This document shows positions 16,753 through 24,768 of a stretch of DNA of 32,000 bases, piece by piece. This stretch comes from an uncultured Candidatus Saccharibacteria bacterium (GTDB lineage: Bacteria > Patescibacteriota > UBA1384 > XYA2-FULL-43-10 > 1-14-0-10-43-13), in the NCBI GenBank assembly GCA_964543385.1, contig CAZIYE010000001.1, positions 150,001 through 182,000 on the forward strand. Direction: 5' to 3'. The notes beneath the pieces are model-generated. The model was not told where the DNA came from. It was given only the letters and a program-made list of their open reading frames with translations, and ran no database searches. A program made the position numbers and the translations under genes. Each line of letters begins with the position of its first letter. The first letter of the stretch is position 1.

Positions 16753-18294
16753 TTATTTTTTCAAGAGTGAAAGCATCTTTCTCGACTTAACATAGTAAAT
16801 CGATAACATACCTGTCAGAGTGAAAAGTAAGCTTAATAGCGGTGTACTTGGTCCAGTCATTGGCAAAGCTGGAGTGACTGCTATAGGAGTTACAACAATT
16901 TTTGTTTTAGCGATATCATTTAAAGTCTGATTATCAAACCGAAGAGTTGCAGTGTTCACTAGTATTTCTCCAGTTGCGATTCCAGATGATATTTTAACTT
17001 TAAATTTGATAATGCCGTCTTCATTTTTGCCCAAAGAACCAATTTTGATTCCATCAAAGATAGCCTTGTTACCTAAAGCGGTGCTAACACCATTTCTGAT
17101 AAGAGAAGCACTGCCATTTACAAATGAAACATTTGCAGGTAAAACATCGCTTATTGTAATGTTATCAGCTTTTTCACCAGAGTTTGCAAAGAATATCTGA
17201 TATTCCAGAACATCTCCGGGTTTAGCTTGATTTTCTTTCGAAAAGCCAGCCTCGTTTATAGTAACGTTTCGAACTGATTTCTCAATTCGCAGCGTTGGTT
17301 GACCAGGAATTATCTTGCCGATATTTACAAAAACTAAGTTTCCATAAATATTTTCCATAATACCATCGAAATGTTTTCCGTCTTGGGTATTTGTAGGCTG
17401 AGGATTCTTAACTATTACCTTAAAGGTCCTTACGTTTGTCTCTCCTGCAACAATTCTAACTGCAGGGTAGCTGATTACACCGTTTGACAAAGTACCACCG
17501 ATTGAGGCGCTAGTAAAATCTGCCAGCTCTAAGATATCGCTTATGTCATCAGTGACAGTGAAGTCAGTTGCTGCATTTCCTGTGTTCTTTGTCGTTAGAG
17601 TGTAAAGAACCTCATCACCCGGATTTGCTGAAATATTTACGCCCTCGGCGCCAGATACTAAATTCTTAGCAATCTTACTCTTTACTATATTTGGTGTAGG
17701 CATTTTGATTGTCTTGAATTGAAACAAAACATATCCAATATGTTCCCAACAACCTCTTACATCACCTATTTTTAATCCACCAGTAGTGAGAAGTTCATCG
17801 CCATTCTGGCTAAATAAAAGGTCAGACGGAGGAGTACCAAAACTTTTAAAATCTGGAAACCATTGTACTGATCCAGGAATCATAACTACATTTGCATCTG
17901 TATCTAGATTGACAGTTAAACTGTCAAAAACAGTAGAGGCGTTATCTGCGGAAATTGCAGTATTGATAACTATCTTTTTGTTACTTGACACTGAAGGCAA
18001 GCTAACTTTGACTCGAGTATCACGAGCTGTGGTATCTACTACGCCATTGTGGTAGTAAATAATTGCTGCAAAAGTATCGCCAGCAAGACCATCAACTGGT
18101 TTACGCCACGAAACTTCACCTGCAGACTTGTTTGCACCACGTATTTGTTGAAGATCATCTTTCAAGTAATTGAACCTTGGACCAGATGCATTTACAGACA
18201 AAGCCGGTGCGATTAATTGTGATAGCAATGCAGAAACAAGCGCTATTCCTAGCACTTTCTTCCACCCTCCAGTGATTTTTTGGATCAAATTCAT
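16753..18294 (-). CDS. DUF11-like repeat surface protein with LPxTG-type sorting signal
   Basis: N-terminal signal peptide; repeats such as KSVRNVT...AKPGDVLEYQIFFANSGEKADNITISDVLP; C-terminal LPMTG + hydrophobic stretch + YYVKSRKMLSLLKK. Confidence 0.8.
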   Translation of the reverse strand: MNLIQKITGGWKKVLGIALVSALLSQLIAPALSVNASGPRFNYLKDDLQQIRGANKSAGEVSWRKPVDGLAGDTFAAIIYYHNGVVDTTARDTRVKVSLPSVSSNKKIVINTAISADNASTVFDSLTVNLDTDANVVMIPGSVQWFPDFKSFGTPPSDLLFSQNGDELLTTGGLKIGDVRGCWEHIGYVLFQFKTIKMPTPNIVKSKIAKNLVSGAEGVNISANPGDEVLYTLTTKNTGNAATDFTVTDDISDILELADFTSASIGGTLSNGVISYPAVRIVAGETNVRTFKVIVKNPQPTNTQDGKHFDGIMENIYGNLVFVNIGKIIPGQPTLRIEKSVRNVTINEAGFSKENQAKPGDVLEYQIFFANSGEKADNITISDVLPANVSFVNGSASLIRNGVSTALGNKAIFDGIKIGSLGKNEDGIIKFKVKISSGIATGEILVNTATLRFDNQTLNDIAKTKIVVTPIAVTPALPMTGPSTPLLSLLFTLTGMLSIYYVKSRKMLSLLKK

Positions 18295-18409
18295 TTTTTT
18301 CCTTAATCCTCTAGCTAAAAGCTATCGGCACTTTCATAATTGTTATTACTTTTTTAAATTTAACTCTCTATATATATTAATAGCCATTATGGTTAGCAAT
18401 TGCAATGGA

Positions 18410-18451
18410 CTCATCTCCGAAAGTATGAATAAATCATAACTTCGGGATGAG
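18410..18451. other. long imperfect inverted repeat
   Basis: CTCAT..CCGAA..TATGA ataaa TCATA..TTCGG..ATGAG. Confidence 0.6.
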
Positions 18452-18479
18452 GGGGTGCGCGCCTTTCAACAGGCACCCC
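18452..18479 (-). terminator. GC-rich hairpin after the GC-rich operon
   Basis: GGGGTGC ... GCACCCC, 7-bp stem, no U-tract. Confidence 0.45.
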
Positions 18480-18517
18480 GCTCAAGTTAGTTGCCACCGG
18501 GTACGGTGGCGGGCGTC

Positions 18518-19282
18518 CTAATACGGGACGCCAGGTTCGGGAATCGGCCCCGCACCAGGCCAATGCCCACAGCTCTGGCTCGTCCCCCCACAAAACGGGC
18601 AGCGGAATAGCCATAGCAGGCCAAGCCGCCACTCCATCACCGGCTCTTTCTGCCAGAATGGCATCCGGTCCGGGGTGAGTCCCGACTTGGCGAAGCAAAG
18701 CTTTGATATGATCACTGCTTGCTGTTCGCGGGTTGGGAGCGGCTTTTGTGCAGCCACCGTTGGCTTATCGAGACTGATCGCCTCGAGGCACCATTGGTCG
18801 ACAGTGGCAGTTGCCATGACGCCGGTATACGGCAGCTTTTGAGGGCAAATAATCCGGACATACCAGTCAATACGTGTGAGTAACTGCGTAATGATCTGGT
18901 ATGCCAGGTCGACTTCTTCAAACGTCCTGCAGAGGTAGATCGGGGTGTGGATGATGTCCAGTTGGAGCATCAGCACAAGCCCATTCTTCACTGAAGGAGT
19001 CATATGTCGACCCTTCTTTGCCCAATAGCAACGGTAACGCTCGATTTCGGCGTAGTCATACGCCGTTAACGTGCGCTTTTCTGCGACCCGCTGAACGGTA
19101 ACCTTCACCCAATCGCATTGCTGCGAAGAATAGGTTTGTCCATCCGAAGTCCAGGAAGGAACAGTCGGTGCCGGCGTGGTTGCCGACTGAGTGCTTGCTT
19201 GCGGCACTCCCGCGTTATTACCCATCTCGGCCATCACCGGCAAGCCGGCAAGGACGAGAATCAGGGCCATGATCATTTTCAT
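18518..19282 (-). CDS. GC-rich gene: secreted Cys-containing hypothetical protein, about 254 aa
   Basis: True start probably MKMIMALILVLAGLPVMAEM with SD GGAGGTG. ORF track start (19354) overlaps the upstream gene. Several Cys residues including a terminal CPFCGG. Confidence 0.7.
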   Translation of the reverse strand: MKMIMALILVLAGLPVMAEMGNNAGVPQASTQSATTPAPTVPSWTSDGQTYSSQQCDWVKVTVQRVAEKRTLTAYDYAEIERYRCYWAKKGRHMTPSVKNGLVLMLQLDIIHTPIYLCRTFEEVDLAYQIITQLLTRIDWYVRIICPQKLPYTGVMATATVDQWCLEAISLDKPTVAAQKPLPTREQQAVIISKLCFAKSGLTPDRMPFWQKEPVMEWRLGLLWLFRCPFCGGTSQSCGHWPGAGPIPEPGVPY

Positions 19283-19293
19283 CTGCACACCTC

Positions 19294-20586
19294 CTAAAGC
19301 GGCAGGACGATGACGTTTGAAACGCCAGGGCGGTAAGTGATCATCTCTGACCAATTCCGACCATCAGTTGAATATTTCAGATTATATTCATATGACACGA
19401 GGTTTCCATTCACACGCTCACCGATGGCAGCATTGTTTATAGGAATATCCCCAGGAGCATATGGACCGAAGACTCGCCCTTGCGGGTAAGCACGATCATA
19501 CAATCTAATCCACACCTTCTTTGAAGTGCGGAAGCAGTAGTTTCCATGGACCACTTCTGTTTGTTTCTGAGTGGTAACGGAAGACGATATGCCGGGTGCC
19601 GGCGCTTTGAGATACTCGATGACTTGCACCAGGGTTAACTGGTGATTGGCAACGAGTTGCCTTAAACGCTGAATCTCGGCCTCGGTTTTACCCGAGTTCC
19701 GAGCGACGACTTGAATCGCCTCCCAAACCTTCAAGTCAAAAGCTTCACAAGCAGCCACACGGGCTTCAAGATTGGCAATTTGGACAAGAAGACTGGAATC
19801 ATCGTAGGCAGGAACAGAAGTGATGCCTCCACCAGTCAGCCCAGTACCGGTACTACCCATCGCCTTGTCATTGGCAAGTAAGGTCTCGAAGACGAGCCCG
19901 TTACCACCATTGCCAGCGCGACGAAGCAGATCGGTCAAGTACTGAACTGAAGGAGCGGAACAGTTGGCAGGCCAACACTCCGTTTTGAAGCGGAGAGTGT
20001 CGACCATTGCTGACAGGTTAGTTTTTCCTGCCCACTTGATCTTGAAGAGGATCAAGTTTATAGCTTTGTCGTTGCGTTTTCCATCCTGGACCAACGCATA
20101 GAAACGGAAGCAATGCAGATCAGCACCAACAGCTACCTCAAGAGGCATCTCTAGGTACCAGCGCCCGCCAGCGTCCCGTTTGAGAACCAGCACACCCGGA
20201 GTTGTAAACGACCAGGTATTGGTCCTGCGATCATAGCTATACTCGAGCTTTTTCTCTAGCTCGCCTTGTGCAGCGACCATCGCCACCACCGGCATGTCAG
20301 CGAGGACGTTAGGGTATACCTTCATGGTTGCCCCAATCCCCACAGGAAATGTGCCGAGGTACGAGGTCTCTGCCTCGTCCCATTGCCAGGTGACTGCTTG
20401 CGCATAAGTCACCTGCACCTGGACTTTTCCACTGGTAACCTGCTGCGATGCCTGTTCAGTATAGACCGGACCGTCTAGGACGGCACCAGTTGCACCGAAT
20501 GGAGCAGCACTTGCTGGCGTGATTGCCAGCGCGCCAACCATTAAGGTCAGCAATACGAGGCCAATTACGGCCAGCGGGTTACGCAT
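19294..20586 (-). CDS. GC-rich gene: secreted hypothetical protein, about 430 aa
   Basis: True start probably MRNPLAVIGLVLLTLMVGALAITPASA with SD GAGGAGG and 7-nt spacing; short coiled-coil-like segment and a C-terminal domain ending VIVLPL. Confidence 0.75.
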   Translation of the reverse strand: MRNPLAVIGLVLLTLMVGALAITPASAAPFGATGAVLDGPVYTEQASQQVTSGKVQVQVTYAQAVTWQWDEAETSYLGTFPVGIGATMKVYPNVLADMPVVAMVAAQGELEKKLEYSYDRRTNTWSFTTPGVLVLKRDAGGRWYLEMPLEVAVGADLHCFRFYALVQDGKRNDKAINLILFKIKWAGKTNLSAMVDTLRFKTECWPANCSAPSVQYLTDLLRRAGNGGNGLVFETLLANDKAMGSTGTGLTGGGITSVPAYDDSSLLVQIANLEARVAACEAFDLKVWEAIQVVARNSGKTEAEIQRLRQLVANHQLTLVQVIEYLKAPAPGISSSVTTQKQTEVVHGNYCFRTSKKVWIRLYDRAYPQGRVFGPYAPGDIPINNAAIGERVNGNLVSYEYNLKYSTDGRNWSEMITYRPGVSNVIVLPL

Positions 20587-20612
20587 CTGCGTTCCTCCTC
20601 TTTCATTTTTGG

Positions 20613-20643
20613 GGTACCTCTCGCCACCAGGCGAGGAGGTACC
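20613..20643 (-). promoter_or_regulatory. leader hairpin with anti-SD segment
   Basis: GGTACCTCCTCGCC-TGGT-GGCGAGAGGTACC on the minus strand; 5' arm contains CCTCCTC complementary to the SD at 20594-20600. Confidence 0.5.
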
Positions 20644-20646
20644 TGA

Positions 20647-20765
20647 TTGCAAGAAAATTGAGACGATTGGATTGCTCCGATTTCGTCTGCAAGGAAGTAT
20701 TATTTATTCGAGATCAATTGATAGCTTTTATCTGCCTACTTCTAGCTATCACTCGAAGAATAAAT
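20647..20765 (-). other. two further structured elements in the same leader
   Basis: AGACGA/TCGTCT with TTGC/GCAA (20647-20692); TTTATTCGAG ... ATAGCT...AGCTAT ... CTCGAAGAATAAA (20704-20765). Confidence 0.45.
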
Positions 20766-20938
20766 TCTTCTATTGCAGCTGAAATTGCTTCTAAACATTT
20801 TCACTGATTTTTATTCTATTTGATTTTTAATTGCCATTTTTTAGCAATTCATAAATTATCTATAGTTGAAATAATTTATTTTTGTGAGATTTTATATATT
20901 TTACAATTTTTAAATATACTATTGTGACTTCAATCGCC

Positions 20939-21091
20939 TTTTGCTTTCTTAAATCCAACCAGGAAGAAGGCGAGAAGTGATAGAAGCTAACATGGCCAGG
21001 TCCACTTATTTTAAGGAACCTCTCTGCCGGTTAGCCGGAATGCCTATCACCCTAATACCCCTAAATCCCAGTCGGATTTAAGAAAACAAAA
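20939..21091. repeat. about 150-bp nested inverted repeat
   Basis: Arms TTTTGCTTTCTTAAATCC (20939-20956) and GGATTTAAGAAAACAAAA (21074-21091), 17/18 matched; nested GTGATAG/CTATCAC and GCTAAC/GTTAGC. Confidence 0.6.
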
Positions 21092-21221
21092 AAGGATCGT
21101 CAGCGATATATTTGGCACTTAAAGACCAATGATCGCCGCCCCATCCTTTTGTCCACCGCACATAGTATTCCTAAGTGTGGTAGTAATTAACCCCTTGTTA
21201 GCTTAGCGCTAACTTAACTAC
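21089..21221 (-). ncRNA. candidate autonomous small RNA (own promoter and terminator)
   Basis: Starts about 7 nt after the promoter; contains GTAGT..ACTAC enclosing GTTAGC/GCTAAC, then CC.CAC.TAG/CTA.GTG.GG, then AAAGGAT..GCGAT..TTGG/CCAA..ATCGC..ATCCTTTTTTG. Confidence 0.5.
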
Positions 21222-21227
21222 TGACAA

Positions 21228-21256
21228 ATTTTAGCACCTTTGCTTGACTTTGTCAA
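21228..21256 (-). promoter_or_regulatory. sigma70-type promoter
   Basis: Minus strand TTGACA (21256-21251), 17 nt, TAAAAT (21233-21228). Confidence 0.75.
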
Positions 21257-21268
21257 TAGTTTATGGCC

Positions 21269-22240
21269 TTATAATTGGTCCACGACCCGACTGACGTCTC
21301 GTAAATCAACAATAGAAACTGCCTCTTTGCGCAGTTCCTTAGCTCCAGGAAACCCTTTCAAATAAGAGAGAAGGTGTTTTCTAAACTCTACAATGCCAAG
21401 CTCTCCTTTCGTCTCAAAGGCAAGCTTGGCATGGAGAGGGATTATTGTCTTTAATTCATCTAGTTCGATCTCATCTCGAGAAAATATCCAGGGCCTACCA
21501 AAAGTAGCTTGCCCGATCGCACAACCATCTATTTGAACACCAAATTTTGAGTATTGAACATCAGAGATTGATCTGAGACTACCGTTTCCAATCACAGTAA
21601 GATTGGGCAACATTTTCTTGACCTCATAAATATTATCCCAATCAGCATTGCCTGAAAATCCCTGCTTGTATGTTCGTCCATGCACTATGAGAGCGTCAAT
21701 TCCGGCGTTCACCAAAACCGGCGCGAATTCGAGTATTTGATCTTGATTATCCCAACCAAGCCTTGTTTTCACCGAAACTGGTAAATTAGTATTATTCTTG
21801 ACAGCCGCAACTATTTCTGCCGCTAATTTTGGGTATTTCATCAAAGCCGCACCGTGATCGCTACCAACAACTTTTCTAGCAGGACAACCCATATTTATAT
21901 CAATTCCGTCTGGTTTGAGATTTTTTGTGATCCAACTAGAAGCAAAGGCAAACTTTTCCGGAAATTTGCCAAATAGTTGAATAGCAATCGGACGCTCTTT
22001 TTCAACAAACTTTAGCATTTCCAAGGTCTCATCTCTCCCCTTCTTCGATTGCCAGATTCCTGCCTCATCCTTAAACCAGTTTTTTGCATGATAGAAGATT
22101 GCATCGGCCGAAACCAACTCCGTTATTACAACGTCAGCACCAAAGCTACGACAAAGAGTACGAAAAGCAGAGTCAGTGTATCCTGCCATCGGTGCTAGAA
22201 CTTTTATTGGTCTATTTAGTTCTTTCCAAAAGTTAGCCAT
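21269..22240 (-). CDS. dusB: tRNA-dihydrouridine synthase family protein
   Basis: VLAPMAGYTDSAFRTLCRSFGADVVITELVSADA, IDINMGCPARKV, VHGRTYKQGFSG, VIGNGSL. Confidence 0.88.
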   Translation of the reverse strand: MANFWKELNRPIKVLAPMAGYTDSAFRTLCRSFGADVVITELVSADAIFYHAKNWFKDEAGIWQSKKGRDETLEMLKFVEKERPIAIQLFGKFPEKFAFASSWITKNLKPDGIDINMGCPARKVVGSDHGAALMKYPKLAAEIVAAVKNNTNLPVSVKTRLGWDNQDQILEFAPVLVNAGIDALIVHGRTYKQGFSGNADWDNIYEVKKMLPNLTVIGNGSLRSISDVQYSKFGVQIDGCAIGQATFGRPWIFSRDEIELDELKTIIPLHAKLAFETKGELGIVEFRKHLLSYLKGFPGAKELRKEAVSIVDLRDVSRVVDQL

Positions 22241-23591
22241 TTATCTTCTCTAACTTATACTCATTGGCACCAAGATCTTCTATTTGCCAGCCCAGTGAAT
22301 TAATTTCAGATCTTAGATCATCTGATGCCTTGAAATCTTTATTTTCTCTCGCCGTCTTCCTTTGCTGTGCTAATTTGGCAATTTCAGCCGGTATACTAAC
22401 GACTCTTTCGGTTCCTAGATTTAATCCCAAAACAGCATCCATTAGAATAGCAGTTACCCTCTTATCTTCGCCTGAAATATTTTCATCCCTAAGTAATGAC
22501 CACAGAACAGCTAAAGCTTCTGAGATACTAAGATCATTTGATATCTTTTCTTTGAATAGATCTATATGTTCTTGGGATACTTTGCCATTTTCTTTTGGCA
22601 AGTCATCAATGATTCTAACCAATCTTTCTCTTGTGTTCTTTGCTGACTCCAAGCCCTCCCAAGTGAAATTCAATTTGCTGCGATAGTGAGCACCGATAAC
22701 AAGATAACGAAAATCAAGTGGTGAAAAACCTTTCTCCTCCAAATCCGATAATCGGTAAAAATTACCAAGACTCTTTGACATTTTCTTGCCATCCACTAAA
22801 AGGTGTTCATTGTGAACCCAATAATTAACAAATTTCTTTCCACTTCTAGCCTCCGACTGAGCAATTTCATTCTCATGATGAGGGAAAATATTATCTACGC
22901 CCCCAGTATGAATATCTATCGTCTCGCCAAGCTTGTCCATCGACATTGCTGAACACTCTATGTGCCATCCTGGTCTGCCCTTGCCAAGTGACGTTTCCCA
23001 GAAAATATCACCATCATTTTCGTCCCAAGCTTTCCAGAGCGCAAAGTCGGAAGGATTCTCTTTATCATATTCATCTTGCGCTACTCTAGCCCCAACTTTT
23101 ATCTCCCTGTTTTCAAGTCCCGATAATTTACCATAATTTTTGAACTTAGATATTGAGAAATAGATAGAGCCGTCATTGGCCTTATAAGCGAAGCCCTTTT
23201 GAAGTAGATCTTCTATAAAGCTGACCATTTTTTCAATATATTGGGTCGCCCTAGTAATATTTTCAGACGATGGTTTCTCAATATTTAATTTATCCAGATC
23301 AGCAAAAAAAGACTCCTCGTACATTTTCGTCAGTTCGTCGAACTTTTTATGGTCTCCTCCTGATCGGTTAATTGTCTTATCGTCAACATCAGTAATATTC
23401 ATCACTCTTCTAACATCAAAATTGTTGAATTTTAGTGTTCGATAGAGCAAATCGTCACAGATATATTTTCTTAGATTTCCAATATGAGCCACATCATAAA
23501 CAGTTGGTCCACAAGTGTAGATTCCAACTTTTTGATCTCCTATCGATTTGAATTCCTCTATCTGTTTTGTAAGCGTATTATAAATCTTCAT
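22233..23591 (-). CDS. cysS: cysteinyl-tRNA synthetase
   Basis: YTCGPTVYDVAHIGNLRKYICDD, GRPGWHIECSAM, HTGGVDNIFPHHENEIAQSEA, KMSKSLGNF. Confidence 0.97.
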   Translation of the reverse strand: MKIYNTLTKQIEEFKSIGDQKVGIYTCGPTVYDVAHIGNLRKYICDDLLYRTLKFNNFDVRRVMNITDVDDKTINRSGGDHKKFDELTKMYEESFFADLDKLNIEKPSSENITRATQYIEKMVSFIEDLLQKGFAYKANDGSIYFSISKFKNYGKLSGLENREIKVGARVAQDEYDKENPSDFALWKAWDENDGDIFWETSLGKGRPGWHIECSAMSMDKLGETIDIHTGGVDNIFPHHENEIAQSEARSGKKFVNYWVHNEHLLVDGKKMSKSLGNFYRLSDLEEKGFSPLDFRYLVIGAHYRSKLNFTWEGLESAKNTRERLVRIIDDLPKENGKVSQEHIDLFKEKISNDLSISEALAVLWSLLRDENISGEDKRVTAILMDAVLGLNLGTERVVSIPAEIAKLAQQRKTARENKDFKASDDLRSEINSLGWQIEDLGANEYKLEKING

Positions 23592-23723
23592 CGCTGTGTT
23601 TCTCCTATTTTTAATCTCATGCTAGCACATCGGCTCAACATTTTAAATGATTAATTAAAAAATGCTATCCATATTGTCGGATAACATCTCTTAATAATTG
23701 GGATACTAGAGTTTTAAATATTT

Positions 23724-23951
23724 TTATATCCCTGCAGGTTCGTCTGAATACCAGGATATATCTTCAGGATCATCATTGAAATCGCTAGCCATAGGAATGG
23801 GTGCTCCACCATCTTCAGAATCATCATTTGCCGAATAGTAATCTTCTCCCTTTATTTTTTCAAGTTGCAAACCACACAATGGACATTCGCCGCTGTCAAA
23901 ATTTGTATAACTGCAATCAACATCAGGACAATTGTACTTCTCTTCCTTCAT
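23724..23951 (-). CDS. small acidic zinc-ribbon-like protein, 75 aa
   Basis: CPDVDCSYTNFDSGECPLCGLQL cysteine pairs. Confidence 0.6.
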   Translation of the reverse strand: MKEEKYNCPDVDCSYTNFDSGECPLCGLQLEKIKGEDYYSANDDSEDGGAPIPMASDFNDDPEDISWYSDEPAGI

Positions 23952-24106
23952 TTAGAGCCTCTTTTTTTGTTTTAATTTTTTAATAACTGAATTGGATTGT
24001 AACGGCCAACATTTATAATTGTCAACAAATAGTTATCCCCAGCCAAGCAATTAGCATTTTTTTATAGTTCAGTAAAAGGTTTTTTATAAAATTAATAATT
24101 TTATTT

Positions 24107-24712
24107 TTAGTATTCTCGTCTGCCCTCAAGCGAACGTTTTAGCGTCACCTCGTCTGCATACTCTAGATCTCCACCCACTGGTAAACCTCTTGCTATCCGA
24201 GTAACTTTGACTGGCAAATTTAACTCTTGAATTTTCCCTCTGATGTATGTAGCTGTGGCTTCTCCTTCAAGATTTGGATTGGTAGCTAATATTACTTCGC
24301 TCGGGTCATCATTGCTGACACGGTCGATTAACTGGGCAATTCTCAATTCATCTGGCCCTATGCCGTTTATAGGAGATATCACTCCACCCAACACGTGATA
24401 TAAGCTAGAAAGGCCATATGATCTCTCCAGGGCTATGACATCAAGCGGTTCTTCCACAACGGTTATTATTGTTTTGTCCCTTTTGTCATCAGAGCAAATT
24501 AGACATGTTTCTGTCTCAGAAATATTAAAACACTTATTACAATAAGTTAGATTTGATGCCAATTCCAAAACACTCTTTCCGAGCGTGTTAATATCGGCCT
24601 TAGATTTTGTCAGCAGATAAAAAACCAGCCTGGCGGCAGTTTTTGGTCCAACTCCTGGTAGTTTAGAAAATTCATCAATTAAATTTTGGACTGATCTAGG
24701 TAGCATTTGCAT
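24107..24712 (-). CDS. recR: recombination protein RecR
   Basis: LIDEFSKLPGVGPKTAARL, CxxC...CxxC zinc finger, Toprim VVEEPLDVIALERS, GGDLEYADEVTLKRSLEGR. Confidence 0.96.
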   Translation of the reverse strand: MQMLPRSVQNLIDEFSKLPGVGPKTAARLVFYLLTKSKADINTLGKSVLELASNLTYCNKCFNISETETCLICSDDKRDKTIITVVEEPLDVIALERSYGLSSLYHVLGGVISPINGIGPDELRIAQLIDRVSNDDPSEVILATNPNLEGEATATYIRGKIQELNLPVKVTRIARGLPVGGDLEYADEVTLKRSLEGRREY

Positions 24713-24717
24713 AAAAA

Positions 24718-24741
24718 CTGTCGACTGACAACTGTCGACAG
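24718..24741 (-). terminator. terminator between topA and recR
   Basis: CTGTCGA...TCGACAG followed by TTTTTATG on the minus strand, next to the recR start. Confidence 0.65.
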
Positions 24742-24768
24742 CCCCATTATTTTAATAACAATTGTCTT

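Noticed and set aside
18411-18712. ORF 18411-18698 (-), and 18712-18921 (-)
   Set aside because: Overlaps a GC-rich hairpin and the better supported 18518-19282 gene.
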